Assembly (NCBI GenBank): GCA_951406725.2
Contig: OX597814.1
Coordinates: 166,408,001 to 166,472,000 of the forward strand
Length of the DNA: 64,000 bases
Reading direction: 5' to 3'
Source: Octopus vulgaris
Taxonomy: Eukaryota
Below the pieces are notes generated by a model. The model was not told the origin of the DNA and ran no database searches. It saw nothing but the letters and a program-made list of their open reading frames with translations. Positions 1 through 61,259 of this stretch are shown here, piece by piece. The translations under genes and the position numbers were made by a program. The first letter of the stretch is position 1, and the number at the start of each line of letters is the position of its first letter.

Positions 1-821
1 TCTGTTTCCCACAATCCACACACGCTCCCCACCAGCTTTTTACTCCACTCTCCTCCATTCTCCCTCACGTGTCCACCTAGCTACCTGCTCACAATATGCC
101 CCTGTTAAATCCTTTATCCTACCTCTAGCTTCCACTCCCCTTTTGAAATCTCGTAAACTCCCTCACCTACCCTCCCTCTCCAATCCCTTCACTATATGTA
201 CATACACCTCTCGTGTAACTTGGATGTACAGCCCTCCCCATCACATCTTCACCCCCTTTCTTTCCTCTCTTCTTCTTCATCTGAAGTAGCCATGTCTCTC
301 TTCTAATGCAAGACACCTTTCTGTCCCTCAATACTACTCCCCCCAGTTAAGGGGTCTTGTCCTATAAGATACTTGGTGACCTCACTGTTACTGGTGCCAG
401 GTAAAAAATACCCAGTACACTTTGTAAAGTGGTTAATGTTAGAAAGGGCATCCAGTTGTAGAAACTGTCGAAATGGACAGCAGAACTTGGTGTAGACTTC
501 TAACTTGACTGTCTTGTCAAACTGTCCAATCCATGCCAGCATGGAAAACAGATGATGATGATGATGATATATATGTGGAACGTAAAAAGCATCCACTACA
601 CTCTAGGAGTGGTTGCATTAGGGAGGGCATCCAGCTGTGGAAACCATGCCAAATCAGATTGGAACCTGGTGCAACTCCCCAGCTTACCAGTTTTCACTCA
701 AACCATCCAACCTATGCCAGCATGGTAAAACATACATTAAATGATGATAATGATGATGATGATACACACACACACACACACATATTGTAATATACAAAAC
801 CATCATGCCAAATTTTCTTAC

Positions 822-45818
<44,997 letters not shown>

Positions 45819-47299
45819 GATTCCTTAAATTCCAGAAACAACAAACTCTTATGAAATACAAAGTGAAAGAAATTACTATGTGCTAGAAGTTAAATCCATC
45901 CACAGGTATACAAATATAAAGTGAGGATTCTATAGAATTTCATAAAGTTTGTTAACTGGAATATATCTTGAATATAAATGAATGAAACTAAAGTGAAAAT
46001 TCAGTGGTATGAAGTTTTTTTGTTTTTCTTTCAATCTGGTGTTTTAAATCATGTGGTTAATCTCTTAATCCTTTTGACTTTGGGGTGATTTGAATCTGCA
46101 AAAGGGAAGAAAAAATGAAATGTTAATATTTTTCTGGAATTAGATGAATTCTTCAAATTGCTATTCAACTTAAGTTTAGGTTTTGCATTCATCATCATCA
46201 TCATCGTTTAACATCCGTTTTCCATGCTAGCATGGTTGGACAGTTCGACTGGGGTCTGGGAAGCCAGAAGGCTGCACCAGGCTCCAGTCTGATCTGGCAG
46301 TGTTTCTACAGCTGGATGCCCTTCCTAATGCCAACAACTCCGTGAGTGTAGTGGGTGATTTTTATGTGCCACCAGCACAGGGGCCAGAGGAGGCTGGCAA
46401 ACGGCCACAATCAGTTGGTGCTTTTTATGTGTCACTGGCACAGACGTCAGTCAAGGTGGCACTGGCATTGGCCACGTTCAGATGGTGCTTTTTACATGCC
46501 ACCAGCATGGGTATCACAACTACAATTTCCATTTGATTTTTATTTTAATGTTGATGTACTTGACCCAATAGGTCTCCTCAAGCACAGTAGGTCGCCCTAC
46601 AATCCAAGGTTAGCACAGCAGGCCATCTTGTGAGCCATGAACTCACTTCATTTGTCAGGTCTTCTCTTTAACCCTTTAAATACCAACTACACTGAGATCA
46701 TCTTTGATTCCATGAATAAAACTTCCTGCTTTAAAGTGATCTAAATTGAGATCTTCCATCAAAATTCCTTTCTAAATTTATGTTCCAAATTCTAATTTTA
46801 TGTTCCAAATCCCAGTCTAAAATTGACAAAGTTATTTTACAAAATACTTCATTTTACAAAAATAATTTAATTGAAGGCAGTGTACTTCAACAGAAGTATG
46901 GTAACTAAAGGGTTAAATGGATGACAGACATTTCTTCTTCTTGATGAGATGTCTATTGCCAGTAATTTTCCCAATATCTTTATTGTTCACAGCCGTGTCA
47001 ACAGAATTGTTCTGCAGAGACATAATGGACATTGAATTTGAATCTATCACACTTGAACAAGCAGCTCCCTTCATTCAGCGACACAAACATTCACTATGTA
47101 TAAAAATTTGCGTACAGACGTTATCATATATCTCTTGTGTGACAACATTACAACAGATGTGCCTAGGTCGATGTGACTAACATATGGGTGCAGATATGGT
47201 GAAGTGATTAACGATGGAGTTGAAGCTTGATAATCATCCATGGAAATTTTTTTTTAAATTACAGAAAATTCTTGTAATAATATCATGAATATAAACAAA

Positions 47300-47330
<31 letters not shown>

Positions 47331-50300
47331 AGCTTTGGCTTATTTTGATTATCTATTCATTCATTTATTTGAGTCATCTCAAAATTCATGTTGAAATTAA
47401 TATCATCATAATAAGAAAATATTTTAATTCTGTAGCAAAAAATGTGAGGAATGAATGGAGGAGATTAAGGGCTGCTCCAATTTACAATACAGGCAACCCA
47501 TCTAGAAGAACAGTAACTCTGAAATAAAATTGAGGCAGGCTAGAGGAGACTGTTTGGTCTTGCCACAGAAAACCTCTCTAATGCTTGTGGCATGGTAAAA
47601 GGTACTCAGTCTACACTGTAAAGTGGTTGGCAATAAGAAAGACATTCAACTGTAAGAATTTTGGCGGAAGAAAACAAATCATGACATACACAGCAACAAA
47701 GCTTAGTAGATTTCTATGTTATTGTGTGTGTAACAGATGATGACTGACCATAGCAAGTGCAATGAGGCCTACCCAGCCAGTCCATACCAAAATGGAATAA
47801 TGGATGGTAAAAAAAATGGATGTAGAATGATGATGATGAGGAGGAGGAGGAGGAGGAGGATTATGATGATAATAATGATGATGACGATGAGGATTTTATA
47901 TTTTTTGAAGGCATTAGTAGAACTGAGACATTCGGTTTGCTTAATAGAGATTCCTATGAAAGTTTCATAATTTAATAAACTTGGTCTTGTTTGTTTCTAG
48001 TATTTTCTTATTATTGTCAAAGCTACATTTTTGCTTTAAGCTCTTTTGTAATTTTAAATAAATAATTATACAGAAATCTGACGAAAATAATTGTGTAAAA
48101 AATAAATAAGTAAAAAGGAAAAAGAATAAAGAAAATTGGAAAAAAAAGACAAAAAATACTAATTTCATATATTCCAAGATGCCTGAAGAGAGTTGTGCCA
48201 TTTTAAAATCAACTTTTCTTTTTTTTTTTTTTGTCTTTTGTGTCACAGAAAATGTGTAGGAACTATATCTGAAATTAAATTATGATGAGTGTTCCGTACT
48301 AGCTTCAATAGTTGCTGTCTGTTATAATCATAAAAAACCCATCTCTATGTCTGTCTGTCAATGTCATTTTTTTTTGTTGTAAAATATACTTGGTCACCAT
48401 GGTAATTAAAACACAGTGTATTATGTTTCTAAACATGGAAAAACCATTGCACTATAAGAACTTTACACAAAATAGTTTTTAATTCATCTTAGTCAATGCA
48501 TTGTAATTACTGAATGTATCATTTCACTTCATTTTGCTAAACTTTAACACATGTGTAAACATCTTGGGTCATTTCATTTATGTTTTCTTTTATGAAACTT
48601 TTTTTTTTCTTTTTGCAACTTATACATGTTTAAATATAGTCAGATATAGTGCATGTTTCAATATGTGTATAAAACAAATATTTGTCTATCCTTCCATTCC
48701 ACTTTTCAATTATCATAGTGTGACAAAATATACAAGACAACATAGAAACAAGGGGAGTGAGTAAGGAATGTGAATTGGAGTTCTGTTATATAATGTTAAG
48801 AAATCTGATAAGAATGAGAGAAATTAAGTACTGAATTGATTTCTTACTTTATTATTATGAGAGAGCAAGACAGTGAGCTGGCAGAATTGTTAGCCTACGG
48901 GGAAACATGCTTGGCAGCATTTTGTCCATCTTTATGTTCTGAGTTCAAATTCTACCACGGTTGACTTTGCATTTCATCCTTTCAAGGTCAATAAAATAAG
49001 TACCAATTGAGCACTGGGGTCATTGTAAATGACTTACTCCTTCCCTGAAATAGCTGGCCTGGTACCAAAATTTGTAACCATTATTACAAGACAAAGTGAG
49101 TTAAACCATACGATGGCTCCAGAAGTTTTTATATTACTGTAATATTTTGTGAACAAAATATTTTGTTTTCATAAATCAAGATGAGTGAGGCCAAAATAAA
49201 TTGTTTATTGATGATTACAAATATTGATTGCTTTTTTTACTTTGGCACAAAGCCACACATATATTGGAGATGATTCTTACTTTGGTAAAAAGCCACAAAT
49301 TTATAAGAAAGGAAGTTAGTTGATTGAATTCCTACGAGTGCATGACTAATGTTTATTTCTCATGATGCTAGAGGGGTGAAAGACAAACATGAACTTTTGC
49401 AGGATTTGAAATCAGAATGTAAGCGAGATAAAGTTAATTACTATTAGAAATGTTGATCAACATACCACTATTTCAGTTAAATTTAACCATATTAATTTAT
49501 TATATAATGATGCTAACCAATTTCTATGTGGCCATTCAACTTGCTAGATGTAGTAGTTAAATTTCCTTCAAATCAGAGTCTAATATGTTAAAAAGGATAG
49601 ATTGGATAATGTGATTCTGAGTTTTCTATGCATTGGAAAAAGATAGGATGGTCATGAATGGAATACCTTTCTCAATAGAGCTGCTAGATCAAAACAAACT
49701 TATGATGAAACAACCACATTACATAGGTACAGTGTCTCTGGTTTGCAAAGAAGTTAATATTAACTGAGATGTACACCATCTTTTCTCATTGGCATTTGCA
49801 GTATTATAATTTGCTACAGAAGCATTTAATTTTAAAATTTATCAAATTAGAATAATAGGATGTTGTGAGGTTCAAACAAGATCTTCCTTGATTTCCTTGC
49901 TGTTTCTTGTGAGATATTCAGCACTTTTGTAAATATCGTTAGTTTAAATAAGGAGTAAAGAAACTTTTTTGTATCAGGGGTAAATTACAAATGCATAACA
50001 ACATTCAGGATTTAATCTGTACTGAGAAAAATAATGAAATTTTAATTTTACAATTCCATAAGCCTTCAACTTTATATCAAATTTCTGAAGGCTTAAACAC
50101 TTTCTTTTTTTCTTTTTCTTTTTTTTTTTTTTTGACTGACATTAAATTACTAAAGGCTTAAATCCTTTTTTAAAATTTTAATTGAATTACCAAAGACTTA
50201 AACTGGATTTTTTTCTGAATAGATTTTTAAAGATTTCATCAGCAGATGGTTTCAATTTTGAATGTGGGCAGAATTATGCTCAAGGGCAAGGGGTGCTCCA

Positions 50301-51527
50301 CCCTAGTTGAAGTAGTTAATACTCTAACTTGAATTAACTTCTTAATAGTCTGGCAAAAAAAAAGTCCCCTGCTTCAAGCGTTATTTATCCTCAGAAGAAT
50401 AAACACAGTTAAATGAAAACTATAAAGAAATGAATTATGCTTTTATCATGTGAAACAAATATTCTGTCTTTGGTGAAGTTACAATTCTAATATAGACAGT
50501 GCTTTCTATTATAGACACAAAACCTGAAATTTGAGGGGAAAGTCAAACTCAGCAGAATTTGAACTCAGATAAAATGCTACTAAGCATTTTGCTCAGCATA
50601 CTTGATGATTCTGCCAGCTTGCTGCCTTACATTCTAATGTAGATAATAATGATACAATGCTAATATAAATAATAATTATTCTGCAGCGTGGAAGGTGTTT
50701 ATAAGCCATTTAAGAAGCACACAAAAACTGTTAGATTCACTTCAACATTTAAATTTAATTTGTCTCAGATCAAGTCACTTGCTATGCAAGTACATCTCCG
50801 TAATAATTATTCTATTTTTGATATAAAACCATAAATTCATAAATTTTACACCCTACACCAACTTTTCTCCATAACATGGTACTTGTGTACTCCAAGAATC
50901 TATTCTCTCTGCTCACTCCTTTCTTTGAGGTTTTGATAACAATGACTTCCAATAACTCTGGTCAAGAGTCTCTTTTCTCTATTCTGAATTTATTGTTTCT
51001 GTTTCTACCACTCCCCAAACTCTTCCAATAACCATCACCTATTTGGCAATCTCTTTTACTTGTATCAAAGACGTCTATCTCACCTCATCGTTTTTCTTTG
51101 TCATTATTCTAACTGACTTCCATGTAAACAAATTCTCTTGGTTCACATACTAATGTTGGTTTTGTAAATAAAATGTAAAACAGAAATAAATTTTGAAAGT
51201 TCAATCAGGTACTCGGCTATTTCTGACATTCAAAGATGATCTTTGTGAATATGACTTCATTCTCTAATAGTTCATCTACTGACAAAACAATGAAACCAGC
51301 AAGTCAACAAGGAATGAAACATAGAGATAAACAAGTCAATGATATAGCAGCCTAATCTCTGTCAAATAATATTCCACTTGATAGGATTTTTTCTTCATTA
51401 TGAATAAGTAGGTAGAAGAAAACAAAAGCACTGATCAACCTCCTGATGAACTGCTAAGATAAGAGGACATAAACACACCAACACTGGTTGCCAAGCGGTG
51501 ATGGAGGGGACAAAGACAGGCACAAAG

Positions 51528-51559
<32 letters not shown>

Positions 51560-51820
51560 AGATATATACATACATACATATATATATTTTATATATATAT
51601 ATATATATATATGTATTAAGGGCATTACTATACATAAATGCCTCATGCTAGGAGGGACTCTTAAAGTCAAAACTACCGAAATAAAATTATTTATGTATAA
51701 TAAAATTCTTAATATAAATAAATATATTTAAAGGGAATAATTAATAAATTTTCCCTTATGAGGTTTTTCCTGCTAACTACTTGATAAATTTTTATTAAGA
51801 TTTTATCCTATTTTTAAATT

Positions 51821-51888
<68 letters not shown>

Positions 51889-54800
51889 GGCTTCTTTCAG
51901 TTTCTGTCTACTAAATCCACTTACATGGCTTTGATCTGTTCAAGGTGCCACACGGTGGGGCTGATCCTAGAACCTGTGGTTGGGAAGCAAGCTTCTTACC
52001 ACACAGCCACACCTATAAAGTATATATATGTAGAAAGGTACATATTGCAATGTAGTAAGTCTGATGCTTTGAATATCTTAAAACCCTTCAGCACTGTATA
52101 ACTAATAAGAGTTGATCTAGCAAGGAAACCTCTTTGTGGTCACTCAGTCTGCTAGAAATAATAGCAGCCACATGTCTATACCATCACACTCTACAGTGCT
52201 TCCCAACCACAGGTTCTGGGATCAGTCCCACTGTGTGGCACCTTGAACCAATCAAAGCCTTATAAGTGGATTTAGCAGATGGAAACTGAAAAAAGCCCAT
52301 TGTATGTATATATATATTAGAAGAAATGAGGTATTCAGAAATCCAGATGGTTTTATATTTGCAGATATTTATTGAACATATTGAACATTGTAGTCTCGGA
52401 CATTCAAAAATATATGATGCTCAGTGCTGAAACAAATTGATAATGCTTAATCAACACTGACTTTTGTCTAAATAATGGTTTTTGATTAAGACACAAGGCC
52501 AGCAGTTTTGAGAGATGGGGTTAGTTGATACCATTGATCCTAATACTTGATTGATGCTTTATGTTATTAATTCAAAGAGGATGAAATGCAAAGTCAATTT
52601 TGGCAGAATTTGAATGCAAAAAGCCAAAAGAATAGTGACAAGGCAGTTTTTCTAAAGTTTGGGTGATTCTGCCAACTCATTGCCTTCTTGTAGCAAAATA
52701 ACAATGACTTAGTTACTTATCAAATATTTTATGTAAAACCACAAAATTCCTAATAAATGTACTTAATGTAAAAATATATATTATCTTAAAATTATTGCTG
52801 TAATAAGTATAGTTCATGTAAGAAAAAATTACTTATGTAAAAATACATTTTATATATTTAGTATCTTATACATGCAGTATATTTTACATAGAATTTATTG
52901 TTGTAAAAAAAATTTTTTTATATATGTAAAATATTTTATATAAAACTTATTACTTTATGTAATATTTATAATTTATACAGAACTACAAATTAGAAAGATT
53001 AGATATGAACTAAGAGAAATGCTAGCTGTAATGGGTCTATTTCAATGTTTAACATGTGTACATGGTCTTATCTATTTGTCATCTAATTTTCTCTTTCTAG
53101 TGACTTTCCTCCCACTTAATTAGCTTGGGAGACAGAAGTAACGTGAAATCAATTAGAAGTGTTGGCTGCTGTCAGTATAGGTTGTCATTAATGTGTGGGT
53201 AACCTTACCACAAGGTGAATAACTGATGTCATACAATGCCCTTCAGATGTTTTTTTCTATATAATGAACAACTGGTGTCATACAATGCACTTAATATTAT
53301 TTCAGGTTATGAGGTGGCAAGCTAGCAGAAATGTTAGCACACCAGGCAAAATGCTTAGCAGCATTTAGTCTGTCTGCATGATCTGAGTTTAGATTCTGCC
53401 AAGGTCAACTTTATCTTTCATCCTTTTGAGGTTGATAAAATAAGGACCAGTTGAGCACTGGGGTTGATGTAACTGATTTAGCCCCTGCGTTGAGAATGCT
53501 GGCCTTGTGCAAAAATTTGAAACCAATAATATTTCAGATAATGAGGAAGTAGAAAATTAAGAATACTGGAATAATATGATGGAAAATTCTGAGGTCTTTA
53601 GTTACATATTCTTCATTATTTATTACTAGGAAAATTTATAATTCTTGACATTTTTTTCTTTATATAAGGACAATCTGGCATAACTTTATTAACCCTTTTG
53701 TTACCATATTTCTGTTGAGATACTCTGTGCTTCTTTCAATTAATTTTAAATATAACAAAGAATTTAGTAAAATAACTTAGTTATCATTAAGCTAGTGTTA
53801 GAAACATTAATTGTGACTAAGGTTTGGTAGGTTTTAATTCAGAACTTTTGAAAAGCAAGACATTTATACTACATAGCCAAAGGTGGTTTCAGCTGGGTTG
53901 GTATCAAAAAGGTTAAACCGTCATTAAACTGTTTGATCAGACTTCAAATGGGATTAGGAAACTAGTGACTGCACTTCAATTCATGCCAATGGCACGGGAG
54001 TGAGTCAGGCAGCACTGGCATTGGCCACATTCAGATGGTGCTTTTTATGTGCTGCTAGCAAAGGAGCCAGTTGGGGCAGTGGGGCTGGCATCGACCACGT
54101 TTGGATGATGTTTTTATGTAGGTGGTGAGCTGGCAGAATCATTAGCATGCTGGGCAAAATGCTTAGCAGCATTTCATCTGTCTTTACACTGAGTTCAAAT
54201 TCCATGAAGTTTAGCTTAGCCTTTTGTCTTTTCAGTTGATGAAATAAGTACCAGTTGAATATTGAAACAAAAGTAATCAACTGGCCACTGCCCCCAAAAT
54301 TGCAGGCCTTGTGCTTATATTAAAAAGGATTATTATTATTATTATTAGTGTCTGTGTTCAAATTCAGACATTTTAGTGGATTCCAGTGCCTATGTCCCTC
54401 CCAAATAAATTTCTGGCCTATGTCTCAAATTTCAAAATATTACCAAGTTGGTAATTTTAAAGAAACTTTGTCTCAAATAGCTTTTCTGCAAAAAGTAAAG
54501 TAACTTTGACCTGCCAACAGAGAACCAAATTCTTCCTCAGAGAACACATAGGATACCTTGATTCATGACATAATAGATAGCTCAAACAATTTCCCAATAA
54601 TAGTCGTTTCATTTCTTTTTCAAACCATAGATGTGTACAGCTGAAAGACAAGCTAATTAAACAAAAGTGTGATCTGTGAATGCAATACCTGTTGAGAGCA
54701 CATATAAGCTTGTATCAGACATAACACATCCAACAATGTTGCATTGAGCACTTGTATGTTTTGTACCATTGTCATCATCATGTGTCGTATGCTTGCAGTG

Positions 54801-55593
54801 CACTGACAAAATGAATAAAAAGCATTACATACACACACCCATGCACATAAAACAACTATGCTTGTGCTTTGTCTTTCCCATTAAAGATTTCTATATTTCC
54901 TTATCAGTCCTTTGTGTTTTATATAGCACAATAGTGTTGCAAAATCTATTTGACCATTAATGTTCCAAGACCTCATCTACAATGATTAGAACAAAATGAT
55001 TATTATAATAGCATTTTGTTTGAACACTTTGCAGGAGATCATAAAGCAGGGGTGGGGAAACCCTCACCCATGGATGCAATTGCACCTGCAAGCCCATTTT
55101 ATTTCACCCGCAGGCTGATATACTAGTATGAACAAAATATAGTAAATTTTTCAAATATTGAAGTTATACCAAATCCGTATGCCTATTTGTTAAAGCAAGT
55201 TTTCAGTGACCAGATGTCTTCCTTGTTGCTAATCCTCATAAAGCAGGCAAAGTGTAATAGAGGAGTACTAATGATACACTTCATAAATCAACTAGTTAAT
55301 GAATTATTAATTGATTAATAATATTAAGCACTCTGCAAATCCAAGGATTATCCAACAACAAAGTATAGTAAGCTTATAACAGAGTAAATATTAAGAAATG
55401 AATAAAGAATGAAGGAAATGTTATTTTATGTGATGATCTTTCCTATACTATTTTTCTACTAATGCAGGAATAGTTAAGTTCCTCTACTCAAATAAAAGTC
55501 ACCCATCAGTTATTGTTCAAATGGTAAAATAATAAAAGGGATCTGCTGCACATGCAGTGTTGTGTTAAATTAGTTAATCAGTATACATTGAAT

Positions 55594-55892
55594 CAAGCAT
55601 GTCAAACTGCAGTTACTCTCTGGACCACATTGCTCATATTCATGTTGTCAGGAGGCCCACGTATTTAACAACAAAGATTTCTGTCATATCAATTCTTTAG
55701 TATTAAGTAAAAACTATTAAAAACCTTTTTTCTTGCTCATCAATAATAACTCTATTTTTATTAATTAAATTATTATTAATTATTTTTACTATTAAAAATT
55801 TGGAGCGGGGTTCCCCTTTCTAAACCTCTAGCTAAGTCACTTGCAGGCCACTCTTGAGCTTGAAAAGAAGGGCTGCATGTTTGACATGCCTG
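55594..55892. mobile_element. hAT-like MITE
   Basis: Terminal inverted repeats CAAGCATGTCAAAC...GTTTGACATGCCTG; no clear TSD. Confidence 0.55.
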
Positions 55893-56736
55893 GTTTAGAT
55901 CATATCTGTTGTTTAACCCTTTCATTACCATATTTATTTTGAGATGCTCTGTGTTTCTTTCCATTACTTTGAATATAACAAAGAATTTAGTAAAATAACT
56001 TAGTTATTATTAAGTTAGCGTTAGGAACATAAATTGTGGCTAAGGTTTGATGGAAGATTTTAATTCAAATCTTATGAAAACGAGACATTTGTACTACAGA
56101 GCCAGAGGTGGTTTCAGCCGGGTTGGTAACAAAAGTATTAATAGGTAGGTTAAGTTTGTAAATTACGACATCCTCTTTTATGTTCAAATTACATGTATGG
56201 ATATATAATTGCATATAGGGATGTGCATGTGTGCACACATGCATGCATGTATGCATGTAGATGCACACGTGTGTGTATGTTTATCTTTGAGTATGTCTGT
56301 GAGTTTGGGTACACACACACACACATACAAACTTGCATAACTGTTGCTCACAGGCAAGTATGATCTGGTAGTGTGTAACCGCTCTCTTGCTAATTGCTTT
56401 AGGTGCCTGTGTGGTTGTGAGTAGACATAAACACCTTCTCTGCCCACTCAGCCTTCAACCAGTGGAACACTGAGGCTGTGAGAGCTGGAGGGAGAAAAGA
56501 CTGCAGTCAGCTACTACTACTCATTACAGCTTAGTAAACTGGAGCAACGTGAAATGATGTGACTTGTTCAAGGACACAATGTGCTGCTTGGTCTAGGAAT
56601 TGAACTCATAACCATATGAGACCAACACCCTTACTCTCTGAGTGTGCCTCCACAGATACACACACACATACACACACACACACATATATATATTTAAATG
56701 TGTATATATATATATTTATATATATATATGTATGTA

Positions 56737-56824
<88 letters not shown>

Positions 56825-56858
56825 TAGATAGATAGATAGATAGATAGATAAATAAATG

Positions 56859-56899
<41 letters not shown>

Positions 56900-58055
56900 G
56901 TAGATAGATGGATAGATATGCATATATATATGTAGCTATATATATATACACATGCATATATATGTATAGAGAGAGAGAGCGATAAACGCACACACATAAA
57001 TATGTGTGCGTGTGGCCGTGTGTATATGTACATATATTTGTACATATATGAACATATATTGGCCTGCTCGCTTAGCCAGCAGGGTGGCATCATTTGAAGG
57101 CTAAAACAATGTGAAGCGCATTGTGACCAGCGATGCGTAGCAACATCTGATAGCCTGGTCAGTCACAGTGGTCACAGTAATATGTATATATATATATGTA
57201 TATATACAGAGAGAGAGGGGGAGAGAGGGTAGAGAGAAAGAGAGAGAGATAGAGAAATTCTAGGTAATACAATGTAGAATGATGCAAAATATTAAGTAGA
57301 AACAATTAGTGCTCAGGCAGATTTTGCGCCTAAACTCCAGATACAGGGATGTGATACAGGGATGTGACAGATGCCTAAATAAATATTGACTACAGTCAAT
57401 GAACCAATTGAGCTGTGGTGCACATATAAGAGAACATAAGCATAAACAGGTAGACAATAGGCATCAAGTCAGATTATGGTAAGTTTATATTTCTAAACCA
57501 TATAAAGACAACCAAATACATTGCAACAATTGAGAATGTTCCACAGCTGAGACTTTTTCTAGATGTGTGTCCTATATTCCTTTATGGATTGGGTTTTTTT
57601 TTTCTTTATATGGTGAGAAATATAATTTGACTTGATACCTGTTATTTGCCTGTTTATGCTTCAGTAAATGTTTGTATGAGGCTATACTTGTGTATAAGCG
57701 TAAATGTTTATGTATGTATGTATTTGAGTGTCTGTGTTTGTCTGATGTTGGTGTGTTTATGTCCCAGTAACTTAGCGGTTCAGCAAAAAAGACCAATAGA
57801 ATAAGTACTAAGCTTACAAAGAATAAGTCCTGGGATCGATTTGTTCAACTAAAGGGAATGCTCCAGCATAGCCACAATCAAATGACTGAAGCAAGTAAAA
57901 GAATAAAAGAATATGTATATATATATGCATATACATGAGTGAGGTGTGATCTACCTATCTGTCTATCTATATCTAGGTATACCAATATATATCATATGTG
58001 TGTGCATATAAATATATATATATGATGGTATATGTAAATATAGGTATATATGTAT

Positions 58056-58088
<33 letters not shown>

Positions 58089-58144
58089 CACATACACACA
58101 TACACACACATATATGTAGATGTGTGCATGAGTGTGTGTGCATG

Positions 58145-58230
<86 letters not shown>

Positions 58231-58259
58231 ATGGATTATAACAAAAAGGTAACACTTAC

Positions 58260-58404
58260 TTGTTAGATGTCTTATTTATTTCTGTTCTTATTTACTATTG
58301 TTGTTAACATCTTTTTGTTTTCTTTTATTTCTTGGCCTCTCTTTGGCCAGTCTTCTCTGTCCGAATTCTCGTTTCCACAACTGTATTCTACAGCGTTCTT
58401 AGCT
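58260..58404 (-). other. Candidate non-coding 5' UTR exon of the integrin-like gene
   Basis: Non-repetitive island ending in a consensus GTAAGT donor at 58259, in the gene's orientation. The upstream boundary is uncertain. Confidence 0.3.
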
Positions 58405-58966
58405 CTACAAATTATATATATGTTCACATTTCAAATGCATACACACATACACACACACACCTATATATACAGAGAGAGAGCTAGTTAGAGAAGTGGGGAG
58501 AAAAAGTGGCAGGGTGGTAGGAAAGGAGAGTAGAGAATGAGAAAAAGAGAGAAGAAAAAGAGAAAAAGAGAAAGAGGGAGAGGGTGAGAGATGAAGTAAA
58601 GTTCTTAGTGGTCGTGTTTCAACTTCTGGTATAATTTACTTTGAAGACCAAAGACAGAGAGAAAGAAAGAGTTAGAGATAAATAGAGAGCGAGAGAAAAT
58701 GGTAAAAGATGGAAAGATAGGAAAGCAAAGAGGGAACAGGGTATTAAAGGGGTAACTGATCCTGTTACATTTTTTGTTATTCTCTTCAACAGTTAGAACC
58801 GTCTGAAAAATTTAAGCGCTCTATGTTTCTATGTTCTACTTTCGAAATTGCTTGTCGGAAAGTGGGAAACTTGATAAAATATAGAGCACAGAGTCTTTGA
58901 ATTCTTTATTGCACCGGGAATCAGTTCTTATGATATATGTATATGTAAATCTATTTTTCCTTGAGA

Positions 58967-59011
58967 TAAAATCAAGAAATAGGTCTTCCGATGACCTATT
59001 TCTTGATTTTA
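58967..59011. repeat. Perfect 19-bp-arm hairpin with 7-nt loop
   Basis: TAAAATCAAGAAATAGGTC-TTCCGAT-GACCTATTTCTTGATTTTA. Confidence 0.85.
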
Positions 59012-59062
59012 GTATAAGAAGATTTATATTGAGATAAGAGTGTATGTATGTATATATGTATA

Positions 59063-59097
<35 letters not shown>

Positions 59098-59151
59098 GGA
59101 GTGAGAGAGAGACTGATAGATAGACAGATAGATAGATAGATAGATAGATAG

Positions 59152-59273
<122 letters not shown>

Positions 59274-59799
59274 ATATATATGTATATATATATATGTATA
59301 TGTATATGTATGTATGTGTATGTATATATATATACTTACACACGTGTGCATGCGCGCGCGCGCGCACACACATACATCCATCCATACATACATACATTAA
59401 TATAAACATAAGGAAAGGGGAATTATGTATATGCATGTGTTGAAAGGAAAACTATCATAACTGAAATATAAGAATTCCAAAAGTTATACCCATTTTCCTT
59501 CTTCAATATATATCATTTTTAAAGTGGGTGAGTGGTTTTTCAGAAATGGTAATTCATGCCACACTGAATTCTTACTATTTCAGTTGCATAAACTCATGAT
59601 TCCAAATTCAAATTTCAGATGGAAGACATTGCCATTCTTTCTTTCAAATTTCATAACATAGGTACCAGCAATAATCTAGATTGGCGAACTGGAGCAAATT
59701 ACCCCAAGTGGGATAAAAATTAAATTCTTGGGGATAATGAGGGCTTATTAGACAAAAGTAAGATTATATAAAAAATTGTGTTCCTTGTTACGACAGAAA

Positions 59800-60005
59800 T
59801 TTTTCTTGTGGCATGAGGAGGCAGTCAAAAAGTTGCTGCCTTTTGCAACAGCCTATTTTTACAAACAAGGACTTTCTACTCTAATCAACATAAAAACAAA
59901 GCAGAGGTATCGATTGGACCCCGAAGACTATCCAAATTGCTCTGACATCAAAATGCCCTAATTTTGATGTAATTGTAACAAAAATTAAACAACATCATTT
60001 CTCCA
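59800..60005 (+). mobile_element. hAT (Buster/Charlie-like) transposase C-terminal dimerization remnant
   Basis: AVKKLLPFATAYF.KQGLSTLINIKTKQRYRLDPED, a frameshift, then IQIALTSKCPNFD. Confidence 0.75.
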
Positions 60006-61147
60006 AAACCTGAAGTGAAATAGAGTGGTGTAGTGACACCTGGTTCCAGACACCATTTTGGGAATTTTATCCATGAATGCGCAGGGATTAGAGTCTTCCA
60101 GAAGGCCTGCCGGAAGCCCCTTATGTACATGCACAGTCATCAGCAGCAGCTAGGCTTGACCACTATTCTCTCTCTCCTGTGAAGAATGCATTCACAATTA
60201 TGATTAAACCGACTCTGCTGATTCTCTGCACATGAGAAAAAGACAGAATGGTCATGGCTGGAATGTCTCTAATCAGGGTCGATCTGTGGTCAAACAACAA
60301 CAAGAACAACAACGGAACAAGGCCCTTCACTACCAGTTGCCCCAATCCCAAAAGATGTTGGAAGCAATGAAAGATTTTCTACAAAAACACTCTATCTGCA
60401 AGAAATCATAGACAAATATCACTAAAATGAACATTCAATCAACTTAAAAAAAGATATGTTTAATAATGCTGACCAACGTACACTCAAAGAGAAAGAGAAA
60501 GAGAAAGAGAGAGAGAGTGAACAGCTGCAATCCAGAGATACTGAATATAGAACACACAATTTAAACTTGCTCTCCGAAGTCTTTATTGACGGTTATTTCC
60601 TGACCTCTACACCTTGACAAAGGAGGCCAAATTTATGGTAATGTTTATGTGAATCCCCTATTGGCAGCATATCATTGAATAACATAACAGTTATTATGTA
60701 ATTCTGAGCCCCTAGGAACAGCTGTTGGACTTAAAATATCATAGCTTATCTCTTTAGCTTTCCGTATTTTTGTTCTCCATTTAAATATATTTATTTCGTA
60801 AATATAGTGAAATAGTTTTTAGAAAAATCCTTTTGTTTCACAATGAAGATATTAATTTATTGCATTTGTTTTATATTTTTTATATTTATAATTGTATTCT
60901 CCATACAACTAGATTCAATAAACCATTTGAATTCAAAGAATCTATGATATTCTTCCTTTCAAATCAAGGGGGTAACGTTGGCATAAATAAATATATTTTG
61001 GGGTAATTGGTTAAAAAAGTTCCCTGATCTCTATCTTTTGAATATTTTCAGGTTTTGTTTTTCTCTCTCTCTTTCTCTTTCTCTCTCTCTCTCTCTCTCT
61101 CACTTACTCTCGCTCTCTCTTACTCACTCTCACTCTCTCACTATATG

Positions 61148-61259
<112 letters not shown>

